Assembly (NCBI GenBank): GCA_963734525.1
Contig: CAVTHI010000001.1
Span: 25,637 to 89,636 of the forward strand
From: an uncultured archaeon
GTDB lineage: Archaea; Micrarchaeota; Micrarchaeia; Anstonellales; Bilamarchaeaceae
DNA: 64,000 nucleotides
Direction: 5' to 3'
Shown: positions 19,764 through 29,242 of the stretch, one piece after another
How positions within the stretch are numbered: the first letter of the stretch is position 1
Layout: each line of letters opens with the position of its first letter
Program-made: the position numbers and the translations under genes
Notes under the pieces: generated by a model
What the model saw: only the letters and a program-made list of their open reading frames with translations
What the model was told of the DNA's origin: nothing
Databases searched by the model: none

Positions 19764-20312
19764 CTAGCCGCCAAGAATCTTGCGGGCGATTTTCATCCGC
19801 TCGTTTATCGTCTTTTCGGCCTGGAGGCGGTCGAACATCATCGTCTCGCCGGCGTAATCGAGGATTTCCTGCTTCTCCAGGCCGGTCATCTCGGCCGCCA
19901 CGCCGAGGCTCATCCCCTGCGCGTAGAATGTGGCGGCCATCTTGAGTTTCCCCTTCGTCACGAGGTCGACAACGAACCGCGCGTCCTTCTCCTCCAGATG
20001 CGCGATTGCCGCCTCGAGCTCGGAGAATATCTGTGTGAGCTCGGCCTCGCTCGCCGAATCCAGGCGCTCGGTCAGGCGCTCGAACACGCGCTCGATGCCG
20101 ATTAGGCCGGACTTGTATTCCGGGCGGAGGAACCTGGGCTTGGACACGATTTTCGAGAGCACGTACGAGAAGACGGCCAGGTTGAAGCATGCCAGGTTGC
20201 AGTGCATCGCCGTCGCCTTCAGGACGTCGTCGTTGAGCTTGCGTAGGAGGCGCTGGTTCCTCTTGCGGAACGCCGAAAGAATCTTGGCCGCCATCGAGGA
20301 TTGTGTTTCCAA
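19764..20312 (-). CDS. hypothetical protein (182 aa)
   Basis: ORF co-directional with XPF and PIN-like genes; no recognised domain. Confidence 0.4.
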   Translation of the reverse strand: METQSSMAAKILSAFRKRNQRLLRKLNDDVLKATAMHCNLACFNLAVFSYVLSKIVSKPRFLRPEYKSGLIGIERVFERLTERLDSASEAELTQIFSELEAAIAHLEEKDARFVVDLVTKGKLKMAATFYAQGMSLGVAAEMTGLEKQEILDYAGETMMFDRLQAEKTINERMKIARKILGG

Positions 20313-20396
20313 ATGGACACCTGAGGAGAATACGCGATAGGTTTATAAATGTATCATGATTATGTCATGACAGTTGCGTGATTTCATCGCAACCCG

Positions 20397-20843
20397 ATGG
20401 TGAAACCAATGAAAGAACACGACGACAAGGAATATAAACCTATTGACTCCGCGTTCACCAAAGAAGTACGAAGCGACCTAGAAACCCACATTGACAAGTT
20501 CAAGGACCCCGTGGTCCTGGGCGAGCTGGTGTACCGCCTCCTGGAGGAGCGCGAGAACACGAACCGGCTGCTCAAGACCCTGCTCCAGAAGCTGGAATCA
20601 CTCGAAATGAAGATGGGAGCGGCATCCGCGGCACCTACGGGCGTTGCGGAAACCCTCCTTCCAGAAATCGACGAACAGATTATGCGGTTCGTCAAGGACA
20701 CGGGGAAAGCGACGGCAGAGGAAGTTCGTGCGAAATTCAAGTACCGTGGAAAGAACGCGGCATCCGCGAGGCTCAACCGCCTCTGCGACATGGGCCTGCT
20801 GCAGAAACAGCAGGTAGGAAAGAAGGTTTTCTTCTTTCCGTAA
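20397..20843 (+). CDS. winged-helix DNA-binding protein (putative transcriptional regulator)
   Basis: C-terminal EVRAKFKYRGKNAASARLNRLCDMGLLQKQQVGKKVFFF wHTH-like segment. Confidence 0.5.
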   Translation: MVKPMKEHDDKEYKPIDSAFTKEVRSDLETHIDKFKDPVVLGELVYRLLEERENTNRLLKTLLQKLESLEMKMGAASAAPTGVAETLLPEIDEQIMRFVKDTGKATAEEVRAKFKYRGKNAASARLNRLCDMGLLQKQQVGKKVFFFP

Positions 20844-20900
20844 ATGAGAAAAAGAAGCAACACCGAGGGGGACCCCAAATGCGGCTCCCTTCGTAACACT

Positions 20901-21135
20901 GATGGCAAGGCGAGAACGGATCAACCTCCCGCCTCTCTCAATTTTTGGTCCGTTCTCACTTGTTATCCTCCCACAAAGAAAGAGAAAAAGAAGGCTAGAA
21001 GCTCCGACCAGGGTTTCTAGAATCCTCTTTTTTTATTTTCACTTGGGCATCGACAGAAAATCGGGAAGAAGGTCTCTTCTTCCGTCATACGCATGGCAAG
21101 GGGCGCAGGCCGAAACCTCCCGCCTCTCTCAAATT
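20901..21135 (+). repeat. pair of ~45-bp imperfect direct repeats (19-nt perfect core aacctcccgcctctctcaa at 20923-20941 and 21114-21132) flanking a 145-bp spacer with two hairpins
   Basis: atggcaagg...aacctcccgcctctctcaa...ttttgg(t/c)cc present twice; spacer has inverted repeats ctagaagc/gtttctag and ggaagaagGTCTcttcttcc. Confidence 0.6.
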
Positions 21136-21323
21136 ATTATTTTGGCCCATAACCCCTTGCCTTTAATACTCCTTTTTGCCGCGAAGCAGGAAATACATTA
21201 TCAGGATCAGCACGAATATCACTGCAGCGCCAGCCAGCACGAGCGGCAGGCTTTCCAGTATGGGCCCGAAGCCGAGCCGGGACGGGTCCGGAACCGGGTT
21301 CTGGTATTCTTCGAGGAAGCGTC

Positions 21324-22814
21324 ATGGCGGATAATGATACTGCCATTAATAAATACTGGTTGCAGCATATCCAACTCATGGCGAGCAGGGATTTCGAAAC
21401 CACCAAAGACATAGTCATACCGACGGACCCTTTCGAGAGGATAATAGGCCAGCCCGAGGCGGTGGCCATCGCCAAGATGGTCCCGTACCAGAGGAGGCAC
21501 CTGCTGCTCGTCGGCCCGCCCGGAACGGGCAAGAGCATGATAGCGCAGGCGATAGCGAGCGTGCTCCCGAAGCCCAAGTTCGAGGTCTCGGTGCTTGACA
21601 ACCCGGAGAATCCGGAAAGGCCCATCGTCCAGATACGCGACGAGAGCCAGATTAAGAGGGACAAGAAGGACGAGAAGCAGATAGGCACGGAAGTGTCCCC
21701 GATAGACGTCCCGACGTTCGTTTCCGAAAGGCTCGGCTTCCGCTGCCGCAGGTGCGCGACGCTGAGCCAGTTCACCGAGAGCATCTGCCCGCAGTGCGGC
21801 GCGGCGAAGAACCAGAAGAACCTGTTCGACAAGTTCGGCATGCCGCCGCAGGGGGCCGGAGCCCCTGAGCCGGACAAGGCCCGAGTCGCCACGACGAGAA
21901 GGTCGATGGACGGCAAGGAGGACGTCATAATCTACGAAAGGAGCCATGACGGCCGCATCATGATGCTTCGGCAGGAGGAAATCAAGAAGCTTGAGGAGCT
22001 GAGCAAGAAGGCGAAAAGGAAAATCCTGGTCCCCCTCAAGCGCTCGACGTTCGTGCAGGCCAGCGGCGGAAGCGAGACCGAGCTGCTCGGCGACATCAGG
22101 CACGACCCGTACGGCGGGCACCAGGCTCTCGGCACACCCACATACCAGCGCGTGCTCCCCGGAGCGGTCCACGAGGCGCACGAAGGCGTCCTTTTCATAG
22201 ACGAGCTCTCGACGCTCGGCAACATCCAGAGGTATATCCTTTCCGCGATGCAGGACAAGGCGTTCCACATCGTCGGGCGCAACCCGATGAGCAGCGGCGC
22301 GGCGGTCCGCGTAGAGGCTGTCCCGTGCGACTTCATATTCGTGGGCGCGTGCAACATCAACGACATCAAGCACATCCTGCCCCCGATGCGCTCGAGAATC
22401 CGCGGCGACGGCTATGAGTGCCTCATGAACGCGTACATGGACGACAACGACGTGAACGAGGAGAAGCTGGAGCAGTTCATCGCGCAGGAGATACTGAAGG
22501 ACGGGAAAATCCCGCACGCGGAGCGCAAGTCGGTCAAGCTCGCCATCGACGAGGCCAGGAACATCGCCCGCAGGATAGACAACGTGAAGGGATTCACGCT
22601 GCGCCTGCGCAACCTGAGCGGAATCATGAAGATGGCCGGCGATATGGCCGCGACACAGAAGAAGGAGTTCATCGAGCCAAAGGATGTCGAAATCGCAATC
22701 CGCGAGTCGAGGCCTATTGAGGACAAGCTCCGCGAGAAATACGGCAACTGGTGGAGCGCCGAAGTGGCGGACTACGGCGTCAGGAGCGAGAAGGCGGGCC
22801 CAGAGACTGCGTGA
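21324..22814 (+). CDS. LonB-type AAA+ ATPase homolog lacking TM helices and protease domain, with inserted C4 zinc ribbon
   Basis: Walker A LLLVGPPGTGKS, Walker B FIDELS, sensor motif PPMRSRIRGDGYE as in archaeal LonB; insertion CRRCATLSQFTESICPQCG between Walker A and B; ends at 496 aa with no Ser-Lys protease domain. Confidence 0.6.
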   Translation: MADNDTAINKYWLQHIQLMASRDFETTKDIVIPTDPFERIIGQPEAVAIAKMVPYQRRHLLLVGPPGTGKSMIAQAIASVLPKPKFEVSVLDNPENPERPIVQIRDESQIKRDKKDEKQIGTEVSPIDVPTFVSERLGFRCRRCATLSQFTESICPQCGAAKNQKNLFDKFGMPPQGAGAPEPDKARVATTRRSMDGKEDVIIYERSHDGRIMMLRQEEIKKLEELSKKAKRKILVPLKRSTFVQASGGSETELLGDIRHDPYGGHQALGTPTYQRVLPGAVHEAHEGVLFIDELSTLGNIQRYILSAMQDKAFHIVGRNPMSSGAAVRVEAVPCDFIFVGACNINDIKHILPPMRSRIRGDGYECLMNAYMDDNDVNEEKLEQFIAQEILKDGKIPHAERKSVKLAIDEARNIARRIDNVKGFTLRLRNLSGIMKMAGDMAATQKKEFIEPKDVEIAIRESRPIEDKLREKYGNWWSAEVADYGVRSEKAGPETA

Positions 22815-22857
22815 AGGGGCGGGCCGGTTCCGCCAAATGCTTTTTTTTCCGTGTTCA

Positions 22858-24153
22858 TCACTGTTTCTTCAGGAGGCTCCCCAGCAAGGGAGGCACGATG
22901 AAGGTCGTCAGGAGCGCCATCGCCGTGATGACCGAGTATTGGGCGGCGCTGAGCACGCCGGTCGTGAGGCCGATGGAGCCCACGATGAGGGCCACTTCCC
23001 CCCTCGGGACCATGCCTATGCCGACAGCAAGCGCTTCTCTTGATGGCAGCTTCGCAATCAGGCCGCCGATTCCGCACGCGATTATCTTCGTGGCGACCGC
23101 AACCAGCGTCAGGAGGCATATGGGGACAAAGAAAGCGCCGAGCGCGTTCACGTCTACCAGCGCCCCGAGGCTGATGAAGAAGATAGGCATGAAGAGCATC
23201 TCCAGGCCGTATGTCTTCTCCTCCAGCTCCTTCACGTGGCGGCTGCGATTGAGGATGACTCCGGCAAGGAACGCCCCGACGATGGCCGAGAGCTGGATGA
23301 ATTCGGCTATATAGGCGTAGAACAGCATGAGCGCGAGGACCATGAGGAAGCGCCTCGGGCTCATTTCCTTCCGGTCGAGGTATGTTATGAAATAGTTCCC
23401 CGTCACGACGCTTCCGACAAGGAACACGATTGCTGAGACGAACGTCATCGCAAGGGTTTCGGGGACGAAAACCCCGCCGGACACGTTTATCACGAAGGAA
23501 AGGACGAGAAGGCCGAGGACGTCGTCGATGACCGCTGCCCCGATGATTATCTGCGCGAAACGCTCGTGCAGGAGGCCGGCTTCCTTCAGCAGTGCGACCG
23601 TGACGCCCACGCTCGTCGCGGTCAGTGCGGCCCCCAGGAACATCGAGTATGCGAAATCGCCCCCGCCCATCGAGGCGAAAAGGTAGCCCGCGGCGAAGGG
23701 GAGCAGGACGCCGAGCGTGGCGACAACGAGGTTGTCCCCGGCGAAAACCTTCTCCATCTTGTTATGCAGGCCTACCTTGAACAGCAGGATTATCGCGCCA
23801 AGCTGGGCGAAGACGTGTATCATGGCCTCGTCCTTCAGGACGTTCGGCGCAGCTGCGGACAGGGGAAGGCCCAGGGCGGATATGGACGATGAGAGGGGCG
23901 GCCACAGCAGGCTGAGGGCGCTCGGGCTTATCAGCACGCCGAGAAACAGGAGTATCATGACCGAGGGCTGCTTGAGATAGATGACCGCCAGCTCTCCGAG
24001 GACGGCAAGGAGAAGCAGGAAGACGATTTCGAAATACACGTGCTTCTCGAGCGCGACGCTTTCGAAGACGCTTACGCGGATGACCGACAGCACAAGGACC
24101 ATGAACAGCGCGAGGATGACGAGCGGCGCCAGGCGGTCAATAAGGGCCTTCAT
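22858..24153 (-). CDS. cation:proton antiporter (CPA2/Kef-NapA type)
   Basis: 431 aa, 12-13 TM, glycine-rich antiporter motifs. Confidence 0.75.
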   Translation of the reverse strand: MKALIDRLAPLVILALFMVLVLSVIRVSVFESVALEKHVYFEIVFLLLLAVLGELAVIYLKQPSVMILLFLGVLISPSALSLLWPPLSSSISALGLPLSAAAPNVLKDEAMIHVFAQLGAIILLFKVGLHNKMEKVFAGDNLVVATLGVLLPFAAGYLFASMGGGDFAYSMFLGAALTATSVGVTVALLKEAGLLHERFAQIIIGAAVIDDVLGLLVLSFVINVSGGVFVPETLAMTFVSAIVFLVGSVVTGNYFITYLDRKEMSPRRFLMVLALMLFYAYIAEFIQLSAIVGAFLAGVILNRSRHVKELEEKTYGLEMLFMPIFFISLGALVDVNALGAFFVPICLLTLVAVATKIIACGIGGLIAKLPSREALAVGIGMVPRGEVALIVGSIGLTTGVLSAAQYSVITAMALLTTFIVPPLLGSLLKKQ

Positions 24154-24216
24154 GGTGCAGGATGGGCATAAGAAATATATATGGATAGCGAAACGCTTTC
24201 CGCCTTTGGCCGGAGG

Positions 24217-25509
24217 TCATCCGCCCTTCAGCGGTTTCGCAGGAGCCCGGCCCGCAGGGTTGCGGAAAAGGAACAGGACGCCCCCGGCAGCCAGTATGAT
24301 TAGTTCGAGCGCGAAAAGGAATGGCGGGAAGAAGAGGAGCATCAGCAGGGCGGTGATGGCCCCGATGTATGCGAATACCGGGATGCCGGCGAACCTCGGG
24401 CTTACGAACCCGCGCTTCATCTTCTCGCCCGCGAGGGCTATCAGGGACGCGTTCACGACGAAATACGCGGTGAATACGGCAAGATCGGTGAGCTGGGCGA
24501 CCGTCTTGATGTCCGAAAGCGATGCAATCAGCGCCGCCAGCAGGCCGACGACGGCGACTGAAAAGAACGGCGTCCCCCGGGAACCGACGGCGGAGAACGG
24601 CTTGGGCATCGAGCCGCCTGCGGACATGCCGTAGAAGATGCGGGAGGGGACGATGAGGAACATCAGCACGGTGTTGGCCGTCGCGAACAGGGCGATGTAG
24701 GACATCAGGGGCGCGTAGTCCCCGAGCATCCGCGAGACGACGAGCGTCAGCGGCGCCTTCGACTGCGAGAGCGCCTCCCACCCGACTTCGCGCACCGCGG
24801 CGATTGCGACGAGCATGTAGAGGATTGTGGATATCCCGAGCGCGAGGATGAGGGCCCGGGGAACAGTTTTCTTGCTGTCCTTGACCTCCTCCGAGAGGTT
24901 GGCGATGTTCTCGAACCCGATGTAAGCGAAGAATATGACCGAGATTGCGGCGATGATGCCCCCTAGTCCGCTTGATGGGGGTTCGAAAAGATTCACGTCC
25001 GCCTGGGACGGCGTGAGGAAGCCGGCGGCTATCACTATGAGCAGTCCGAGCATCTCCAGCGACGTGGCGACGTTGTTGAAGCTGGCGGATTCGGATATGC
25101 CCCAGAAGTTCAGGACCGTCATGGCCGCAATCAGCAGGAGGGCGGCAACTGTCGGGTCCACGCCGGCAAGCGAATGGAGATAGCCCCCGAAACCAAGCGC
25201 GACCGTGGATGCGGCAATCACCGTGCCGACGGCGAGCACCCAGCCGACCGCGTAAGACAGCCATTCCCTCCGGAATGCTTTGCGCGAATAGTTGTATTCC
25301 GCCGCTTCGCTCGGGAACATGCTCGAAAGCTCGGCGTAGCTGAGCGCGGTGAAGATGGCGATGAATGCGGATATCAGGAACGCGGCCCAGAGCATGTTTC
25401 CCGCAAGGCCCGCGCCCACGCTGATGAGGGCGTAGATGCCCGCCCCGAGGATGACCCCGATTCCGTATAGCGTGGTGCTGACAAGCCCCAGTCCGCGCTT
25501 AAGCCCCAT
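24217..25509 (-). CDS. amino acid permease (APC superfamily)
   Basis: 430 aa, 12 TM, N-terminal GxG..TTLYGIG motif. Confidence 0.75.
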   Translation of the reverse strand: MGLKRGLGLVSTTLYGIGVILGAGIYALISVGAGLAGNMLWAAFLISAFIAIFTALSYAELSSMFPSEAAEYNYSRKAFRREWLSYAVGWVLAVGTVIAASTVALGFGGYLHSLAGVDPTVAALLLIAAMTVLNFWGISESASFNNVATSLEMLGLLIVIAAGFLTPSQADVNLFEPPSSGLGGIIAAISVIFFAYIGFENIANLSEEVKDSKKTVPRALILALGISTILYMLVAIAAVREVGWEALSQSKAPLTLVVSRMLGDYAPLMSYIALFATANTVLMFLIVPSRIFYGMSAGGSMPKPFSAVGSRGTPFFSVAVVGLLAALIASLSDIKTVAQLTDLAVFTAYFVVNASLIALAGEKMKRGFVSPRFAGIPVFAYIGAITALLMLLFFPPFLFALELIILAAGGVLFLFRNPAGRAPAKPLKGG

Positions 25510-25534
25510 ATCATCAACCGGTCGGCCGGACCCT

Positions 25535-25816
25535 TCAGGATTCCGATTCTTCGATGATTTTCTTCTCGGCCTGGTTGATGGCGACGCGCGCCGTGTCTAT
25601 CAGCAGCTTGCTGAGGCCGTTCTTCCTGAGCGTCGGCCGCGCTATGTACATATAGTGGGCGGTGCCGCTGACGATGCCCTTCTCCCGGTCCTCGTCCGTA
25701 GCGAACATGACGTCGGCCTTCGACACGGCTATCATGAACGGCTTGTTTCCGCATTTCTCCTCGATAATCTTGGCGCAGGCCGCTACGGCCTCTTTCAGTT
25801 CCTTGTCTTCTTCCAT
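25535..25816 (-). CDS. small hypothetical protein (93 aa)
   Basis: ORF with protein-like composition; no confident domain. Confidence 0.35.
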   Translation of the reverse strand: MEEDKELKEAVAACAKIIEEKCGNKPFMIAVSKADVMFATDEDREKGIVSGTAHYMYIARPTLRKNGLSKLLIDTARVAINQAEKKIIEESES

Positions 25817-25925
25817 GGCGAGCCTTATTCGGGTTAAAAATTAAAAATGCATCCGGGCGGTTGCGCTGGACGCCCTGCCGTGGAAAAGGGCAGATATTTT
25901 AAAATTAACAGGATGAAGGGGGTTC

Positions 25926-27563
25926 ATGAGAACCTTCCTCGCGTTCGGACTTATCCTGATATTGGGATTGTACGGCTGTATCGGCCAGGCGTGCCCCAGC
26001 ACGGTCGAGCCGGTTTGCGGAAAAGACGGCGTTACTTACACCAACGCATGCCAGGCGGTGCAGGCCGGGACCACGGTCAAGGCCAACGGCACCTGCGAAG
26101 CGAACCTCTGCGAAGATTCGGACGGCGGCAAGGACCTGTTCAACCAGGGGACCGCCTCGGCCCGCGGAGGCAGTGTCCAGGACAAGTGCAAGGATGCGCT
26201 TACCGTGACCGAAGCGTACTGCTCGGCCAGTGCGGCGGTCTCGGAAGACTTCCCCTGCCCGGGCGGCTATGCGTGCATGGCAGGCGCATGCGTCAAGACG
26301 CCCTGCCAGGATACCGACAACGGGAAGGATGCGAATGTCAGGGGCACGGTTACATCGCCCGGGACAAGCGCCAGCGACGAGTGCACGGGCTCATATTCGG
26401 TCAAGGAATACTATTGCAGCGGCGATGCGGCCAAATCCGAGGATATCGCATGCGGCGACGGGATGCAGTGCGTCAGCGGCGCGTGCATCGAGGCGGCGTG
26501 CGTCGATTCGGACGGCGGCAAGGATGCCCTGAAAAGCGGCACCGTCACGAAGGGGCAGGATACGTTCCAGGATGCGTGCAGCGGCTCCACTGCGGTGAAG
26601 GAATACTACTGCAGCGCAAAGAATGTCCAATCCGAGGTGCTCCCGTGCGGGTCCGGGTTCGTCTGCCAGGACGATAAGTGCCTCAAGGAGGTCTGCACCG
26701 ACAGCGACAACGGCAAGGACACCTCGGTGAAAGGCACGGCGTCATACCAGAACAAGACCGGGACCGACAGCTGCTACAGCAGCACGGCAGTCCTGGAATA
26801 TTTCTGCTATTCCGAGACGTCGATGCAGTACGAGAAGATCAACTGCCCGAGCGGCAAGGAATGCTTCGACGGCAAGTGCAGGACTGTCGAGTGCACCGAG
26901 GTCGTGACGAATATCGACGAGGCCAACAAGAGGTATAACATAGCGAACTACGACGACACCGACGAGCTCTTCCTCCACGTCGGGGAGGTAGTCGAGATAA
27001 ACGACGAGTTCCTTGTGAAGCTGTATTCAATCAGCGGCAACACATCCACGTTCAGGATGTACGAGAACTACCAGGCCCTCAAGGACAACGACCACCTCTG
27101 CGCCTTCTCTCTCGACGATGGCGACAGCGACAATGATTTCTGCGGCGAGAACACCGAGACCATCGAGATACTTTCGGTGAACGACAGCGAGGACATGGTC
27201 GAGCTTTCAATCGGCGAGTACCACGCGGTCCAGTTCTACACCCAGGAGGGCAGCATCAGCGACTGGACTGACAACCCGATTTGCCCCGATGACGAGACCG
27301 TCTACGACCTGTACAAGTCGGAGTTCTACCCCTACCTCGACACGTCAGCCTCGCACCTCGACCTCGAAGGGAAGAGGTTCGACATATTCGACACGACTGC
27401 GAGGATAATCGACGTGTCGAGCGACACGGTGACAATCGAGCTTGACGGGGAGGAATTCGAGCTCGGGACCGGCGACAGGTTCGACTACCTCGGCCAGGGC
27501 TACAGGGCCACGCTGACGTTCAACGACGGCGGGCTCTTCAAGTTCGACGCCAGGCCGTCCTGA
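25926..27563 (+). CDS. secreted cysteine-rich protein: signal peptide, Kazal-like module, 4 tandem ~65-aa Cys repeats, acidic C-terminal domain
   Basis: hydrophobic N-terminus; PVCGKDGVTYTNAC Kazal signature with six Cys; repeats begin C-x-D-(S/T)-D-(G/N)-G-K-D and contain EYYCS and C-x-G-x-C motifs. Confidence 0.7.
   Translation: MRTFLAFGLILILGLYGCIGQACPSTVEPVCGKDGVTYTNACQAVQAGTTVKANGTCEANLCEDSDGGKDLFNQGTASARGGSVQDKCKDALTVTEAYCSASAAVSEDFPCPGGYACMAGACVKTPCQDTDNGKDANVRGTVTSPGTSASDECTGSYSVKEYYCSGDAAKSEDIACGDGMQCVSGACIEAACVDSDGGKDALKSGTVTKGQDTFQDACSGSTAVKEYYCSAKNVQSEVLPCGSGFVCQDDKCLKEVCTDSDNGKDTSVKGTASYQNKTGTDSCYSSTAVLEYFCYSETSMQYEKINCPSGKECFDGKCRTVECTEVVTNIDEANKRYNIANYDDTDELFLHVGEVVEINDEFLVKLYSISGNTSTFRMYENYQALKDNDHLCAFSLDDGDSDNDFCGENTETIEILSVNDSEDMVELSIGEYHAVQFYTQEGSISDWTDNPICPDDETVYDLYKSEFYPYLDTSASHLDLEGKRFDIFDTTARIIDVSSDTVTIELDGEEFELGTGDRFDYLGQGYRATLTFNDGGLFKFDARPS
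26106..26895 (+). repeat. four tandem ~195-bp intragenic repeats encoding the Cys-rich modules
   Basis: repeat starts tgcgaagattcggacggcggcaagga / tgccaggataccgacaacgggaagga / tgcgtcgattcggacggcggcaagga / tgcaccgacagcgacaacggcaagga. Confidence 0.7.
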
Positions 27564-27662
27564 TTCTTTTTATTTTTCTTATCCCTTATTTTTCCTTGAT
27601 TTTATTTTATAGGCCGTCCCGCCCGGCCTATTTTTAAGAATTGCATGCGACAAGCGGACTGA

Positions 27663-28570
27663 TGAAAATACTTATTACCGGCTCGAGCGGCACGATAGGG
27701 ACAAGGCTGTTCGAGATGCTGCTTGCACAGGGGCACGATGTCACGGGAGCCGACCGCAGGCCGAACAAATGGAAGCCGGAGCTGGATGCGTAAGACACGC
27801 CGGATAGACCTTCTCGACAAGGACGCGCTGATGGGGCTTGAAGGGCGGTATGACGCAATCGTTCATCTTGCAGCAAACGCGCTCGTGTACAAGCTGGTCG
27901 TCAACCCGGACATGGCCATGGAGAATGTGAACACCTGCTTCAACGTCCTGGAATACGCCAGGGCCAAAGATGTCGGCAGGGTGTTCTTCGCATCGTCCAG
28001 GGAAGTCTACGGCAACATCATGGGCGCAAAGCATGTAAGCGAAGGCGACATGCGGGTCGGGAACTGCGAAAGCCCGTATTCGGCGAGCAAGATGGCAGGT
28101 GAGGCGTACATGCACGCGTATTCAAACTGCTACGGCATCAGGCACGTGATAGCGCGGTTTTCCAACGTCTATGGGATGTACGACGACTCCGAGCGCGTCG
28201 TGCCCCTCTGGATACGGCAGATGAAGAAGGGCGAGGCCGTGACCATCTACGGCAGGGAGAAGACATTGGATTTCACCTACATCGACGACTGCGTCGACGG
28301 CATTACCCGCATCGTCGGCAGGTTCGATTCCGTAGCAGGCGAAACGTTCAACATCGCGTCCGGCAACGACGTCAAGCTGACCGACGTCGCGGAGATGCTG
28401 AAGGGCATCATCAAGTCGAAATCGGAAATACGCTGGGCGACATCCGTCCGGGCGAGGTCTGGAAATACAAGGCCGACAATTCCAAGGCGAAGAAACTGCT
28501 CGGATTTATGCCGAAAAGAGGATCGAGGACGGACTGAAAAGGACTGTCGGGTGGTATTCAGCGTATTAAA
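27663..28570 (+). CDS. NAD-dependent epimerase/dehydratase, interrupted by 2-3 apparent +1 frameshifts
   Basis: N-terminal MKILITGSSGTIGTRL Rossmann motif stops at ~27794; body in ORF 27723..28577 (YSASK catalytic motif); conserved C-terminus ...GLKRTVGWY found in a third frame near 28440-28560. Confidence 0.7.
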
Positions 28571-28779
28571 AAAATAGAAAATAGTGTTCCAGGTAAAATT
28601 AGTGGATTAGTAACTGGACTAGTGCTACTTAGGGGTGCAGAAAGGCCATTGAAGGGGGTATCTGACGAAATTCGGATTGACCTTCCACTGTGAACGGTTC
28701 CAGTAATAGAACTTTTTATGCACTGACGGGAGATATTAGAGGATTATTTGAAGCGTATTCTAATTCAAAGAAAATTTTA

Positions 28780-29238
28780 TTATGACCTAAACCCTTTTGG
28801 GCGGGATTTTTTACTTCTAATATCTTTCAAACTAATCCAACTTTCGGCTTCACAAAAAGTAATTTCAAATGCATCAAAGAAACCACTTCGTCCTAAAACT
28901 ATTTCATCGAGCTCGTTCAAAATACAACAATGGATATTTCGAAGTGTAACAGGATTGTGTATCAGAGGTATTTCCATCGTGATACTAGATTCAATACCGG
29001 ATACTAGTCCCCCGGCAGTATCAATCTTAGTTTCCTCACCTTGTTCGAGCTCAAGGATTTCTGCGATATCATTGTTGATATACATCCAAGTTGATCCTGA
29101 ATCGATTAACCCCATTGTTTCGAATTGGTTGCCTCCACTACCTTTCAAAATAACAGGTATACGAGGAGCTAGCGGTTTGGAATCGTCTTCGTGCTCTAAT
29201 GACAGTGATTTTCTATAATGAAACTTTTGCCCACTCAT
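28780..29238 (-). CDS. retropepsin-like aspartic peptidase (clan AA)
   Basis: LIDSGST D(S/T)G active-site motif and downstream EIVLGRSGFF hydrophobic-Gly motif; 152 aa; in low-GC islet. Confidence 0.6.
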   Translation of the reverse strand: MSGQKFHYRKSLSLEHEDDSKPLAPRIPVILKGSGGNQFETMGLIDSGSTWMYINNDIAEILELEQGEETKIDTAGGLVSGIESSITMEIPLIHNPVTLRNIHCCILNELDEIVLGRSGFFDAFEITFCEAESWISLKDIRSKKSRPKGFRS

Positions 29239-29242
29239 AGAA

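Noticed and set aside
21172-21320. Minus-strand frame encoding ...LGFGPILESLPLVLAGAAVIFVLILIMYFLLRGKKEY, reminiscent of a PGF-CTERM/TM sorting tail
   Set aside because: Frame opens directly after a stop with no start codon and no upstream ORF to attach to; it lies within promoter and 5' region of the LonB-like gene
28680-28700. Possible second att-like copy of the tRNA-Glu 3' end (cactgtgaacgg vs ttcacagag) at the far edge of the low-GC islet
   Set aside because: Only ~8 of 9 nt match in reverse orientation; too short and imperfect to call a direct repeat
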